Shown piece by piece: positions 1 through 10,181 of a stretch of DNA of 64,000 bases. This stretch comes from Basidiobolus meristosporus CBS 931.73 (Eukaryota; Fungi; Basidiobolomycota), in the NCBI GenBank assembly GCA_002104905.1, contig MCFE01000107.1, forward strand, positions 105,372 through 169,371. Direction: 5' to 3'. Numbering within the stretch: the first letter of the stretch is position 1; every line of letters starts with the position of its first letter. The notes under the pieces are model-generated. The model was not told where the DNA came from, did no database searches, and was given only the letters and a program-made list of their open reading frames with translations. A program made the translations under genes and the position numbers.

Positions 1-539
1 GTACTGCAGCATGGAGAGATAGTCTCACAATCCATTGATGAGCCTTCTTCCTCAGAGCTCCCACTCTGAAGGCCATATTCAGAAGGCTGAGATAAGCCAA
101 ATGGTGTCATAAACTATCCTGACTCAGCTTGCACATGGTGATAGGTGCAGCTAGTTGCTATTACAGTAGAATCAAGTAGCAGACAAGATGTTGCTAGCAC
201 AGTAGTATGTGAAGAGCTCAAATATAGGACTTGTGTGGCAGCACACTGGCCATGAGCCTTCTAATACTTCATATGTTATCAGAATGCTTGATAGCTGAGA
301 GGCTTATTTCAGTGGCCACATTACTTTTTTTCCCTTCTTTTATGGCATTGAGTCAAAGTAGTCTTGTCCATGGGCCAGAGAGCTTGACACTTTACAGCAT
401 AAAGCCATTATATCCCTCTTTTGTTAATATTCATGTGAGCTTTGACAGTCTTGTACTTGAGATATTGCACTTACAATAATGTAAAATTCAATGAGGTCCC
501 TCTAAAGTAATCACTATAAAAAAGGTTGTGGCACATCCC

Positions 540-636
540 TGCTAGAAATTAGGTTAGCATTCTCTAGATTTGTAGGTATTTATCTAAGTGACTAAGTTAG
601 ACAAATACTTAGGTAGAATTCCAGATCTTTGTGACA
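540..636 (-). repeat. Degenerate fragment of the copia-family LTR
   Basis: TCTCTAGATTTG..TCTAAGTGACTAAGTTAG..TTAGGTAGAATT..GTGACA resembles the LTR end seen at 25880-25963 and 2740-2808. Confidence 0.6.
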
Positions 637-749
637 AAGACCACTTCTGAATTGTTGTAATGAAAATTTACTAGGCTTTTTGTAATATCTAAGGCACAGT
701 TTCTTAATAATCTTTGCATGGTGTTCACATAGCATCAGCACCTGTTAGT

Positions 750-2459
750 CATAGGATTAAGGTCTTTTAGTGGCCTTTCAATGGGATAATCAAAATTATT
801 TTTTCATAATATTAACAATAGTTGAAATTTGCAAATTCAATGCTCCAGGGCAAAAGTAATAAAAAAATACCTGAAAGTCCTCAACAAATATCTACTGGTT
901 ATCTTCAGCTGCTAAGAAAAATATCTAAGATAGAATTCCTGACTACAAATATGCTCCAAGGAGAAATAACAAAAGATCTGATGAATAGAGGTATCCTATA
1001 GGTTGATGAAATGAAATCTCAGGGCATATAAACTGGTGCCAAAGATGTGATAGTACTTTCCTGCCTGATTGGCAAGCCTCAGGGCCTTGGATCTACTCCA
1101 AGTTCAAAACAAGATATCTGACTTTAAATTATGTATAGAAAAGGCTCCTGCAAGAAGTATGGGAAAATCAAGCTCCAATACAAACAAAGAAGATGCATCA
1201 ATAAGCAATAATCAGCACCATAGGAGCTACTCACTACACTATAAAGGCAGCAGCATTATATCTTGCAGCTACTGAAATAGGACACAATATATAGCAGACT
1301 AGTGCTGTGAGTGTAAAGATAATTAGCAGAAAAAGTTGGAATAGGCAAATGCTGCAACAACTAATGTTAATCTATTTGATTTACACTATGTATGACCACT
1401 AACAGGGACTTTCAGATATATGATATTATCTCAGGCTCATCTAAGCAATTTATAGAGCAGTAAGAGAAATTTTACCTACATCATGAGATTGTAACTGACA
1501 AGGTGTTTGTAGGTGACAATGAAACACTTACTACAGTTGGACAGGGCACCATCCAAGCAAACCTCATAGGTAGAGAAAGTGATTGTACACAGACCTTGAG
1601 GGATATATGCTATGAATTAGATATAGCAATGGATCCACTATCTGAAGGCAAGGGCACTGCTCAAGAACCAAGTAGTAGGTTTGTCAATTCTAGATGCAAG
1701 ATCAATTGTCCAAATGGTGCATATTTTGCTTCAGGTATTAAAGATCATAATATATGCAAGTGGGCTTAAATGCCATAAAATCAGGAATTCAGTATAAGTA
1801 TCTTATTAAAAAAGCACTAATGCTCTGGTATGGGAGATTTGAGCTCATCTATTATGATTAATTGAGGGAAATAGTCCAAAATTAGCAAACATTGCAATAA
1901 TAACTGTTCTCCCTATCACTTTGCAAAGCTTTCAGGCCAACATGTATGGGAAATAAGTCCAATGACTATTCATGAGCAGTGGGTCAATCAAAACTAGGTA
2001 TAAATCAAATCTACTCCATTTAAAGCTCTACAGGCCTATATAAAACTCATTCTTTGTTGGGATGAAATATTTCATAGCATTGATTGATGACTGTACAAGA
2101 TATGTGTAGTCCTATGCCATAGAAAAAAAGTAATACACTCTTTCTTAGCTTGGAGAATCTAAAACCTTTGTCAAGTGGGAGACTAGTGCTAAAATTAAGA
2201 AATTATGCATAGCTATTGGTGCAGATTATACCACAAGACTAATTGTTCACTATTGTAACATGCATGGGACAACACAAGCAACCACTATGCCATACTTCCA
2301 ACATGAAAAAAGTGAAGTTCCAGAGTGAGCAAACAGATCATTAATGGATATTTCAAGAACTATAAGCCATGATCAGAATTGTTCCATGATTTTAGGACAT
2401 ATCACTTGCTACAGCTGTGTACCAGAGAATAGAAGTAATATCAGAATACATCTTGATTC
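750..2459 (+). mobile_element. Old, heavily degenerate Ty1/copia element (gag-PR-IN part); continues at 7971-8570
   Basis: Remnants match intact copies: CAATGCTCCAGGGCAAAA (gag), FVGDNETLTTVGQGTIQ (protease region, ORF 1503), integrase-like SGSIKTR/FIDDCTRY/QTDH text. Split by the element at 2460-7965 with a GATTC duplication. Confidence 0.75.
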
Positions 2460-2808
2460 TGTTGTAAGAGTCTTGGAGATATTGGAAGTGATTGGGCAAA
2501 CAAGTAGATTATGTAGTTTTCACTTGATGATTTATTGAATATAAAAGTAATATTTATACTTTTACATGGCCTTGGCACAACCAACAAGTAGAATAGGCTG
2601 AGGAAGGTCCCAAGAACATGTGTACAAAGCTTAGGGCTGTTTGGACAACTTTGAGAATTTTCATGTTCTGGGTACCTGATATTTTGGTGACAATATACTA
2701 AGTAAATCCCAACAAGAAATTTGGTCAGTATTCTCTAGGATTTGAAGGTGATGATCTAAGTGACCAAGTTAGGTGAATATTTAGGTGGAATTGCAAATTT
2801 TTACAACA
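2460..2808 (-). repeat. 3' LTR of element 1 (349 bp, long subtype)
   Basis: Aligns end to end with LTR 9821-10169; adjacent polypurine tract and pol stop. Confidence 0.92.
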
Positions 2809-4800
2809 CTCCCACTCAGTTAAATGTTCATACTGGCTAGTCCTAATTTTGACCTCAGATATTCAAACTTGTCTCTAGCTAATGGTTTGGTAAATATGTC
2901 TGCAATCTTTCATCTGTAGGACAGTGAACTAAGCTAACCAAGTTATTCTCTATAGCTTCATGTATGAAATGATGTCTAATATCTATGTGCTTGGTTCTAG
3001 TATGAAAAGTTGGATTTCTACCTAATTGTAAACATCCTCATTTATCTTAAAATAAAGTAATAGGCGTTTTTTGACATAGGCCTAAATTTGTAGAAAGCAT
3101 TCTTAACCACATTGCTTCTTTTGTAGATTCACAGACTGCCATGTACTCTGCCTCTGTGGTAGAAAGTGCTACAGTTGGTTGCTTTCTTGAATTCCATGAA
3201 ATTGCTCCTTTACAGTAAAGAAAGGTGTATCCTGTAGTGGATCTTCTGTCTTCTAAACTTTGTCCCCAGTCAGCATCAGAGTATCCCACAAGATCCTGTT
3301 CTAAATATTTATTAGTGTATCTTAAGTAGATATCAGCAGTTCATTTTAGATATTTAAAAATCTGCTTAACTGCTGCAATATGATCAGATCCATAGTTCTG
3401 ATTATGCAGGCTGACAACTCCACTGAATATGAGATATCTGGACATGTTCCAAGCATGATATACATCAGACTGCCAATCATAGATTGATAAGGAAAGTCAG
3501 GGCTTTCAGATGGCACCAAGCTCTCTTGATTTGGCTGTGTTTTGACCAAGTTAAGGTTTGTCTCCATTGGGGTAGCTGCTGGTTTACAGTCTTCCATTTG
3601 GTACTTCTTTAGTATATCTTGAATATACTTGGATTGGCTTAGGGTAATAGTCTGGGTACTTCTGTCTATGGAGAACCTAACTCCTAAGTAGTAACTGAGC
3701 TCCCCTAGATCAGACATCTTGAACTCCTTAGATATGCTGGATTTAGTCTCTTCCAATGTTTCTAGGTTATTGGTGGCTATAATAAGATCATCCACATATA
3801 GAGCTAATAGAACTGGATTTGCTCTATCAGGCTTATAGTATATACTATAGTGAGCATTACTCCTTTTGAAGCTCAGAGATTCCAGATAAGAATCTATCTT
3901 GCAATTCAAGGCTCTTGTTGATTGATTGAGACCATAAAGGGACTTTTTAAGCCTGCAGACCAAATAGGGGCTATCTTAGTCAACAAGCCCATCAGGCTGG
4001 TCTATATACATGTCCTCATCAAGTTCTCTATTCAAAAATGCAGTTTTTACATCCATTTGATGTATAAAAAACTTATATTTAGCTGCAATAGCCAATACTA
4101 ATCTGATGGAATTAAACTTAGATACTGGTGCAAAGGTCTCAGTATAGTCAAGTCCTTATGTTTGAGAGTATCCTTTGGCCACAAGTCTTGCTTTGTATCT
4201 TTCAACTGTACCATCAGCCTTATATTCTATCTTGAAGACCCATCTGCATCCAATTGATTTGTGGTTGATTGGTAATTTGACTAAGTCCCAAGTTTGACTT
4301 TCCATGAGGGCCTAATATTCCTCAGTCATTGCAGATCTCCAAAACTTTGTCTGAGGGCTATTTAGGGCCTCTTTTACAGTCTGGGGCTCATCAATATGGA
4401 CTGAATAGGCATAGGCTAACTTTGTACCCTCATTAATATAGTAATTTGAGCTATTTCTTGTCAAATTAAATCTCTGGGCATTTGATACTGAAATGATCAC
4501 TTCTGGGATATTCCTGGGCACTGATTCTGGCTGAACCACAGTTTTAGGGTCCTCTGGAGCAAAATATGTTTCATTGTTTTGCTCTGACTCAATCCTGACA
4601 ATAGGTGGACTTGAGATCAGATTTTCTTCATCTGCTGATATCATTTTTTGTGAAAATTTTGAGTTTTCATAAGGCAACACATCCCTGGACTTGATTAACT
4701 TCTTTGCCTTAGTATTGCAGAGTCTGTATGCTTTAATCTCATTGCAGTAGCCCAAAAATATGCATTGTACACTTTTTGGCTCAAATTTTGATTGATTTCC

Positions 4801-5281
4801 GGCCAGTTTTTTGGCATATGCTGTGCACCCAAATATTCTTAGATGTTCTGCACTTGGTCTGTATTCATACCATGCTTCAAATGGAGTAGAATCACAAAGT
4901 ATTCTGTTATAACTCCTATATTTAAGGTATACAGCAGTGGCAACTGATTCCGCCCAAAAATCATAGGATAATTTTTGATCATGGATCATAGATCTTGCCA
5001 TATCAATTATTGGCCTGTTAGCTTGTTCTGCTACTCCATCCTGGCAGTTTCTTGGCATATGCTGTACACCCAAATATTTGTATATATTCTGTACTTGGTC
5101 TGTATCCATTCCAAGCTTCAAGTGGAGTAGAACCACCAAGTATTCTGCTATAACTCCTATATCTCAGGTATACAGCAGTGGCAACTGATTCTGCTCAAAA
5201 ATCATAGGATAATTTTTGATCATGGATCATAAATCTTGCCATGTCAATTATTGATCTATTAGCACATTCTGCTACTCCATA
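4801..5281 (-). repeat. Diverged 241-bp tandem duplication inside the integrase of element 1
   Basis: 4811 TTGGCATATGCTG.. recurs at 5052, with the 241 offset holding through to TGCTACTCCAT. About 8 mismatches per 60 nt in the stretch checked. Confidence 0.9.
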
Positions 5282-6086
5282 TTGCTGTGGGGAGTATGGT
5301 ACAGTAGTCTCTTACTTTATCCCATAAACTTTGCAGAAGTGATGTAGAGTTTTGAGGTATATTCTCCACCATTGTCAGAGCGTATTTTCTTGATTTTTTC
5401 ACCAGTTTCTCTCTCCACCATGGCTTTAAACTCCCTGAACTTAGACAGAGTGTCTTCCTTTCTCTCCATGAAGTAGACCCATGTGTATCTTGTATAATCA
5501 TCAATAAAGGTGATTAAATACTTCATCCCACCTAAGTAAAAATTTTGCATAGGTCCACACAGATCTGAGTGAGTAAGATCTAATTTTTCTTAGTTTTGAT
5601 TAACCCAGAGCTCTTGAACAGTTGTCTGGCTTGTTTCCCATATATGCAGGCTTCACAGTGCTCCAAATTAGCTGGGGGATCATTTTTCACTCCAGAAATT
5701 AGCTGATCTTTGATCATTTTGCACAAATAATCAAAATGAATGTGCCCAAATCTCCTGTGCCAAAGCATTGGTATTTCTTCATTCAAGTTACTTATATTGG
5801 CTTCCAGATATGATGGAATATAAGTCAACTTGTATAGATTCTGATCTCTGATACCCAAAGCAATATGGGTACCATTTTGATCAGTGATCTTGCATCCAGA
5901 ATTGTCAAAGTTGAAACTGAGTCCTTCAGCTGTGGCCTAGCTTGCAAATAGTAGGTTCTTGGCTATTTCTGGTACATAGAGTACTTCTTTAAAGGTCAGT
6001 GTATGGCTTCCTTCACTGCTACTTAGGTTTACTTGGATAGTTCCTTCTCCCACTGCATCAAGTGTTCTATTGTCACCCACAAAAAC

Positions 6087-6607
6087 TGTTATGAATAGAC
6101 ACAAGGCAGGAGGAAAAGCTAGGCACGGCAGGAAAGGACTTAGGTGTGGACCATCAAGGCAAGGCAGGATTCAAGGCAAGGCTGTTTATTCAAGACCTGT
6201 GTTTATCAGACTGAGGAATACTTAAGGGGCGATAGGACTATATATACTTTTTGGCTATATTGATGCCGAGAGATGTTAGCTAATACTAATGGGGTTGTGG
6301 GGTGAGGCACAGCAATGGTGCTGGGGATAATGACATAGATGACATGGTACTGAGACAGGATGGGGAAATGGATTGGGTCACCTGATCATGTGACTAAGTC
6401 ATGTGACCTGGTATTACCATATATGGTGCTGGACTATAAAAAATACGATGGAAAGCTTCCATGGAATGTTCCATTGTGTAACAATGGTTTGGAATGGTCA
6501 GGAACTTTCTGGAAGGTGGTAGAAGGTTCCGGAAGGAATCTCTTAGAAATTGAGCTGGGAAGCTGAAACTTGGCATGGGTGTTCATGGTTGTTATGTGAT
6601 CATGACA
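6087..6607 (-). mobile_element. Solo LTR of a second, unrelated LTR family (521 bp)
   Basis: Termini TGTTATGA..TCATGACA (imperfect 8-bp inverted repeat); TSD AAAAC at 6082-6086 and 6608-6612; removing it restores the copia protease text CACCCA.AAAACCTTC. TATATATA at ~6238 and minus-strand AATAAA at ~6186 set the orientation. Confidence 0.88.
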
Positions 6608-7556
6608 AAAACCTTCTTAATTGGAATTTCTTGATATTGGGTAAAAAGTTCTTTTGGTGTGTAAAGTGTTGAGATGCTCCAGAGTCCATATACCACGTCT
6701 GAGAATCCTTGTTTGTGGTTGTATTTAGTGCAGATATGAGTAGTCTATCTTCAGTTGTTGCAGCATTTCCATATTCAGGCTTTTTCTGCTCACTATCCTT
6801 CTTTTTGAAGCACTGGTCTGATGTGTGTCCTTTCCATTTGCAGTAGTTTCAAGACAAGTTGCTGTTGCCTATATAGGGTCTTGGGTACCTCCTTTGTTGG
6901 TTATCATTGCTTGTTAAAACACTTTCTTCTTCCCTCTTATTGGTGCTTGATTTTCTTAATTCCTGATCCAGGAGCCTTTCATATACGTAATATAAGGTCA
7001 AATCTTCAGTTCTGAACTCTAGGGCTGATACAAGGCCCAGAAACTTGCCTGTCATGCCATTCAGAATGGTAACTATCACATCCTCATCAGTAGTTGGTAC
7101 ACCCACAGATTCTATTGCATCTACCCACAGGGTATTTCTGTTAATAAGATATTTCATTTCTTCTCCTGGCAGCATCATTGTAATAAAGAATATTTGTCTC
7201 AGATACATTTTCTTAGCAGCTGAACATGACTAGTAGGTGTCCTCTAATGCCTTCCAGGAATTCATTACTGTTTTGGCTCTAGAGCATTGAATTAGCAATT
7301 TGTCTTTAACATTAAGGCAAATGCAGTTAAAGGCACTTTGTTCTTTCTTCTGGTACTTTAGGGCTTCCTGTCCCACATTATTAGGAGGGCATTCTTCCCC
7401 ATGACAATATCCCAAAGGCCTTTTTCTTGTAGCAGCATCTTCATCTTCACCCTCCACACTTGGTAGTTAGATCCATCCAACTTTTCAGCAGAGGGAAAAG
7501 TTCCAGTAATAGCAGTAGTAGACATTGCCAAGAGTGACAGCTTGGGGCTCATAACC

Positions 7557-7965
7557 TGTTGTAAGAGTCTTGGAGATACTGGAAGTGATTGGGAGAACAA
7601 GTAGACTATGTGATTCTCACTTAATGATCTATTGAATGTAAAAGTAGTATTTATACTTTGACATAGTCCTGCCATAACAAACACATACAAAAGATCAGGA
7701 AGGTCCCAAGAGCATGAAAAGTAGTATTTATACTTTTACATGGTCTTGGCATAACTTACACATAGAATAGGCTAAGAAAGGTCCCAAGCACATGTGTACA
7801 AAGTTTGGGGCTGTTTGGACAACTTATGTAACTTTCAAGTTCTGGGTAAATATTTGAAGTAAATCCCAACAAGGAAATTGGTCAGTATTTGCTAGGATTT
7901 GGAAGTAATGATCTAAGTGACTAAGCTAGGTGAATATTTAGGTGGAATCACAAATTTTAACAACA
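7557..7965 (-). repeat. 5' LTR of element 1, chimeric (409 bp)
   Basis: Contains a 77-bp diverged tandem duplication (7640-7716 and 7717-7793) and the 17-bp deletion that marks the short LTR subtype; 349+77-17=409. Confidence 0.88.
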
Positions 7966-7970
7966 GATTC

Positions 7971-8570
7971 TACTCCACCTGGATGAGTGGTTGGATGGAT
8001 ATTCACAATACTCATAAAAGTGCCATCAGATGATGACAAAAATCCAATTGCAAGTACACTAATACTCAGGATTGAATCAGAGCAAAATAATGTAGATTAA
8101 CTTACTTCAGTGGTCTCTACAAATATTCCTCAGCCTAGGAATATTCCAAAAGTGTACACTCTAGTACTACATAGCAGGTGATTCAATCAGATAGGCAATA
8201 GCCTGTATTAAAATATAAATAAGGGTGCAAACTTAGCCTATGCCTTTAAAAAACATTTTGGCAAGCCCTAGACTACAAATGAGGCCCTGATTAGCCTACA
8301 AATAGGGTCTTAGAGATCAGCAATGATCAAGTGGTTTTAAGCCCTGGCAGAAAAACAAACTTGAGACTTGTTCAATTTATAATTCAATCTAAAGCCAAGT
8401 GATTGGAAGTGTGTCATCAAGATAAAATAAAAGGTTGGTGGCACAACTGAAAGATAAAAAGAAAGGCTTTTGTCTAAAGGATACTTTTAAACAAGAGGAT
8501 CGAACTGCACTGAAACCTTTGCCTCAATAGCCAAATTATATGCCATTAGACTAGCCCTGTCAAAAGTAAC
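7971..8570 (+). mobile_element. Continuation of the old copia element (IN C-terminus to RT N-terminus)
   Basis: TCAGATGATGACAAAAAT, GGTGCAAACTTAGCCTATGCC, GAAAAACAAACTTGAGACTTG and GAAACCTTTGCC..ATTAGACTA match the IN/RT junction of the intact copies. Confidence 0.75.
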
Positions 8571-9265
8571 TGTGATGACCCCATCCCAAGGTTGTCAAAT
8601 GCTTCAATCCCAAGACTAAGAGTCATTGATGCCATAAGGACACTGTTCAAATACCATTAATAATCTGCACATCAAATATGTATATATAAGTGGCTGCTGA
8701 TTGGTATCTGCCAATCCTCTCACTTTGTGCATTCAGATACTCAATCTCCTCCTCTATTTGTGTACATTGATTGGCTATAACCCCTTTTGCACACTGCAGA
8801 CATCCTGACTCAAGCAATTTGCTTACTTTTCACACAAATGAATTGGTTTGTTTGTGCTCAGTCTTCAACTGTAGCTTGATGGTCTAGTGTACTGAACTAT
8901 TCAAGTCCATATACTCAATACTTACACTATGCCCAACATCTCACTCAATAAGTAACCCATTAAGATCTACAATTCTATAAGTGTGTGTAACAAAATTCCA
9001 TATTTTTGTGACTTTAGTGTGAGCCCTGTGGCAATATGCCATCATTCATTTGCCAGCTCCCAAATGACCTTGTCTTTGGCCAGCACTGCAAGGTCTAGCA
9101 CTTCATCTACTTGTCTTTGCAATAAGTCCTTGAAAAATTCAAATGTGTTTTCTTGACCAATGCTCTTGAAGAGTGAGTATAACCTTTTGTTGTGCATGTC
9201 ATGGCTCAAACATTCTACTGTAGGCAATGTGATAGTCTTTGGAGAACTTGATGACAAAGCCTAAA
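8571..9265 (-). mobile_element. Unclassified repeat family B, terminal arm with decayed ORF
   Basis: Reverse complement aligns continuously with 15125-15851, with protein-level similarity (FKS..QEN..E..K.LLQ...DEVLDLAV.A.D...WE..NE). TGTGATGACC terminus at 8571. Confidence 0.7.
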
Positions 9266-9820
9266 ACTCAAATGATATTGAAGATCCATGAAGTTGTTGA
9301 GTGTAATGATGAAGAGTAGGCCAATACTCAAGAGGCCATTAGAAGGCTAGCATACCATGGGACAATCAGAAAATCAAGGTCAAGCAGAATGCACTTGACC
9401 TGTTCCATTAGCATCCACCTGGATCCAAGCAAGCAAATGGATTTTGGGCTAGCATTAGAATGCTAAGAAAGTATCCCAAGTCTAGCAGAAACTATCAAAG
9501 GCTGAAGAACAAGGGTGCCATGGTTCAAAATCCGCAGCTTCCCCAAGTGCTTGTCACAAGAAGGGATGAAAGCTCCACACAAGTGGCAAAGATATGTCAG
9601 GTAGCCAGAAGTTTGCCTGTAAGGGACAGGAAGGCAGAAGCAGATGCATCATTGCAGCATTTTTCTGGGAGAAAATGTAGTGTAATACAGGAAGCCCTTA
9701 GTTACAGTAGCAGTGAATGACCTGACAGTAATAAGAACCTACAGCTCTCTCCAGAGACTGTGCTCTGCTGGTGTTCTAATGGTGTTCTAATGGTATTTTG
9801 CTGGTCTTCAGCTGGTTTTT

Positions 9821-10169
9821 TGTTGTAAAAATTCGGAATTCCACCTAAATATTCACCTAACTTAGTCACTTAGATCATCACCTTCAAATCCTAGAGAATA
9901 CTGACCAAATTCCTTGTCAGGATTTACTTAGAATATTTTCACCAAAATACCAGGTACCCAGAACATGAAAATTCTCAAAGTTGTCCAAACAGCCCCAAAC
10001 TTTGCACACATGCTCTTGGGACCTTCCTCAACCTATCCTACTTGTTTGTGATGCCAAGACCAGGTAAAAGTATAAATACTACTTTTACATTCAATAAATC
10101 ATTAAGTGAAAACCACAAAATCTACTTGTTCTCCAAATCACTTCCAATATCTCCAAGACTCTTACAACA
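9821..10169 (+). repeat. 5' LTR of element 2
   Basis: TGTTGTAA..TTACAACA inverted termini; TATAAATA at 10071; AATAAA at 10093. Confidence 0.97.
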
Positions 10170-10181
10170 GGTTATGAGCCC
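10170..10181 (+). promoter_or_regulatory. Primer-binding site complementary to the anticodon arm of initiator tRNA-Met (half-tRNA priming)
   Basis: GGTTATGAGCCC directly abuts the LTR and is the complement of GGGCUCAUAACC in tRNA-iMet. Same type of PBS as yeast Ty5 and Drosophila copia. Also present at 7545-7556 and 25602-25613 on the minus strand. Confidence 0.9.

Larger units (their letters stand above)
2460..7965 (-). mobile_element. Ty1/copia LTR retrotransposon, full length but non-autonomous and mosaic (element 1)
   Basis: TGT..ACA LTRs at 7557-7965 and 2460-2808; TSD GATTC at 2455-2459 and 7966-7970; PBS GGTTATGAGCCC at 7556-7545; PPT GAGTGGGAG next to the 3' LTR. ORF pieces encode gag (LDGSNYQVW), integrase (SDNGGEY), RT (LYVDDL) and RNase H ([15 protein letters not shown]), with many stops and frameshifts. 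Confidence 0.92.

Noticed and set aside
1-480. Possible gypsy-type integrase remnant on the minus strand (GYNGFML.SVKLS; TSCTYHHVQAE)
   Set aside because: Motif resemblance is faint and needs frame changes; it cannot be supported without a profile search.
9816-9820. Apparent A/T-tract target-site preference (TTTTT, AAAAC, TTTTC/G)
   Set aside because: The other confirmed TSDs (GATTC, CATAG, CCAAG) do not fit, and the background is AT-rich.
10042-10173. Open frame running from inside the LTR into gag (also 25810-25610 and 7690-7553)
   Set aside because: The upstream ATG/TTG starts lie 5' of the TATA box at 10071 and would not be in the LTR-initiated transcript; treated as an ORF-caller extension.
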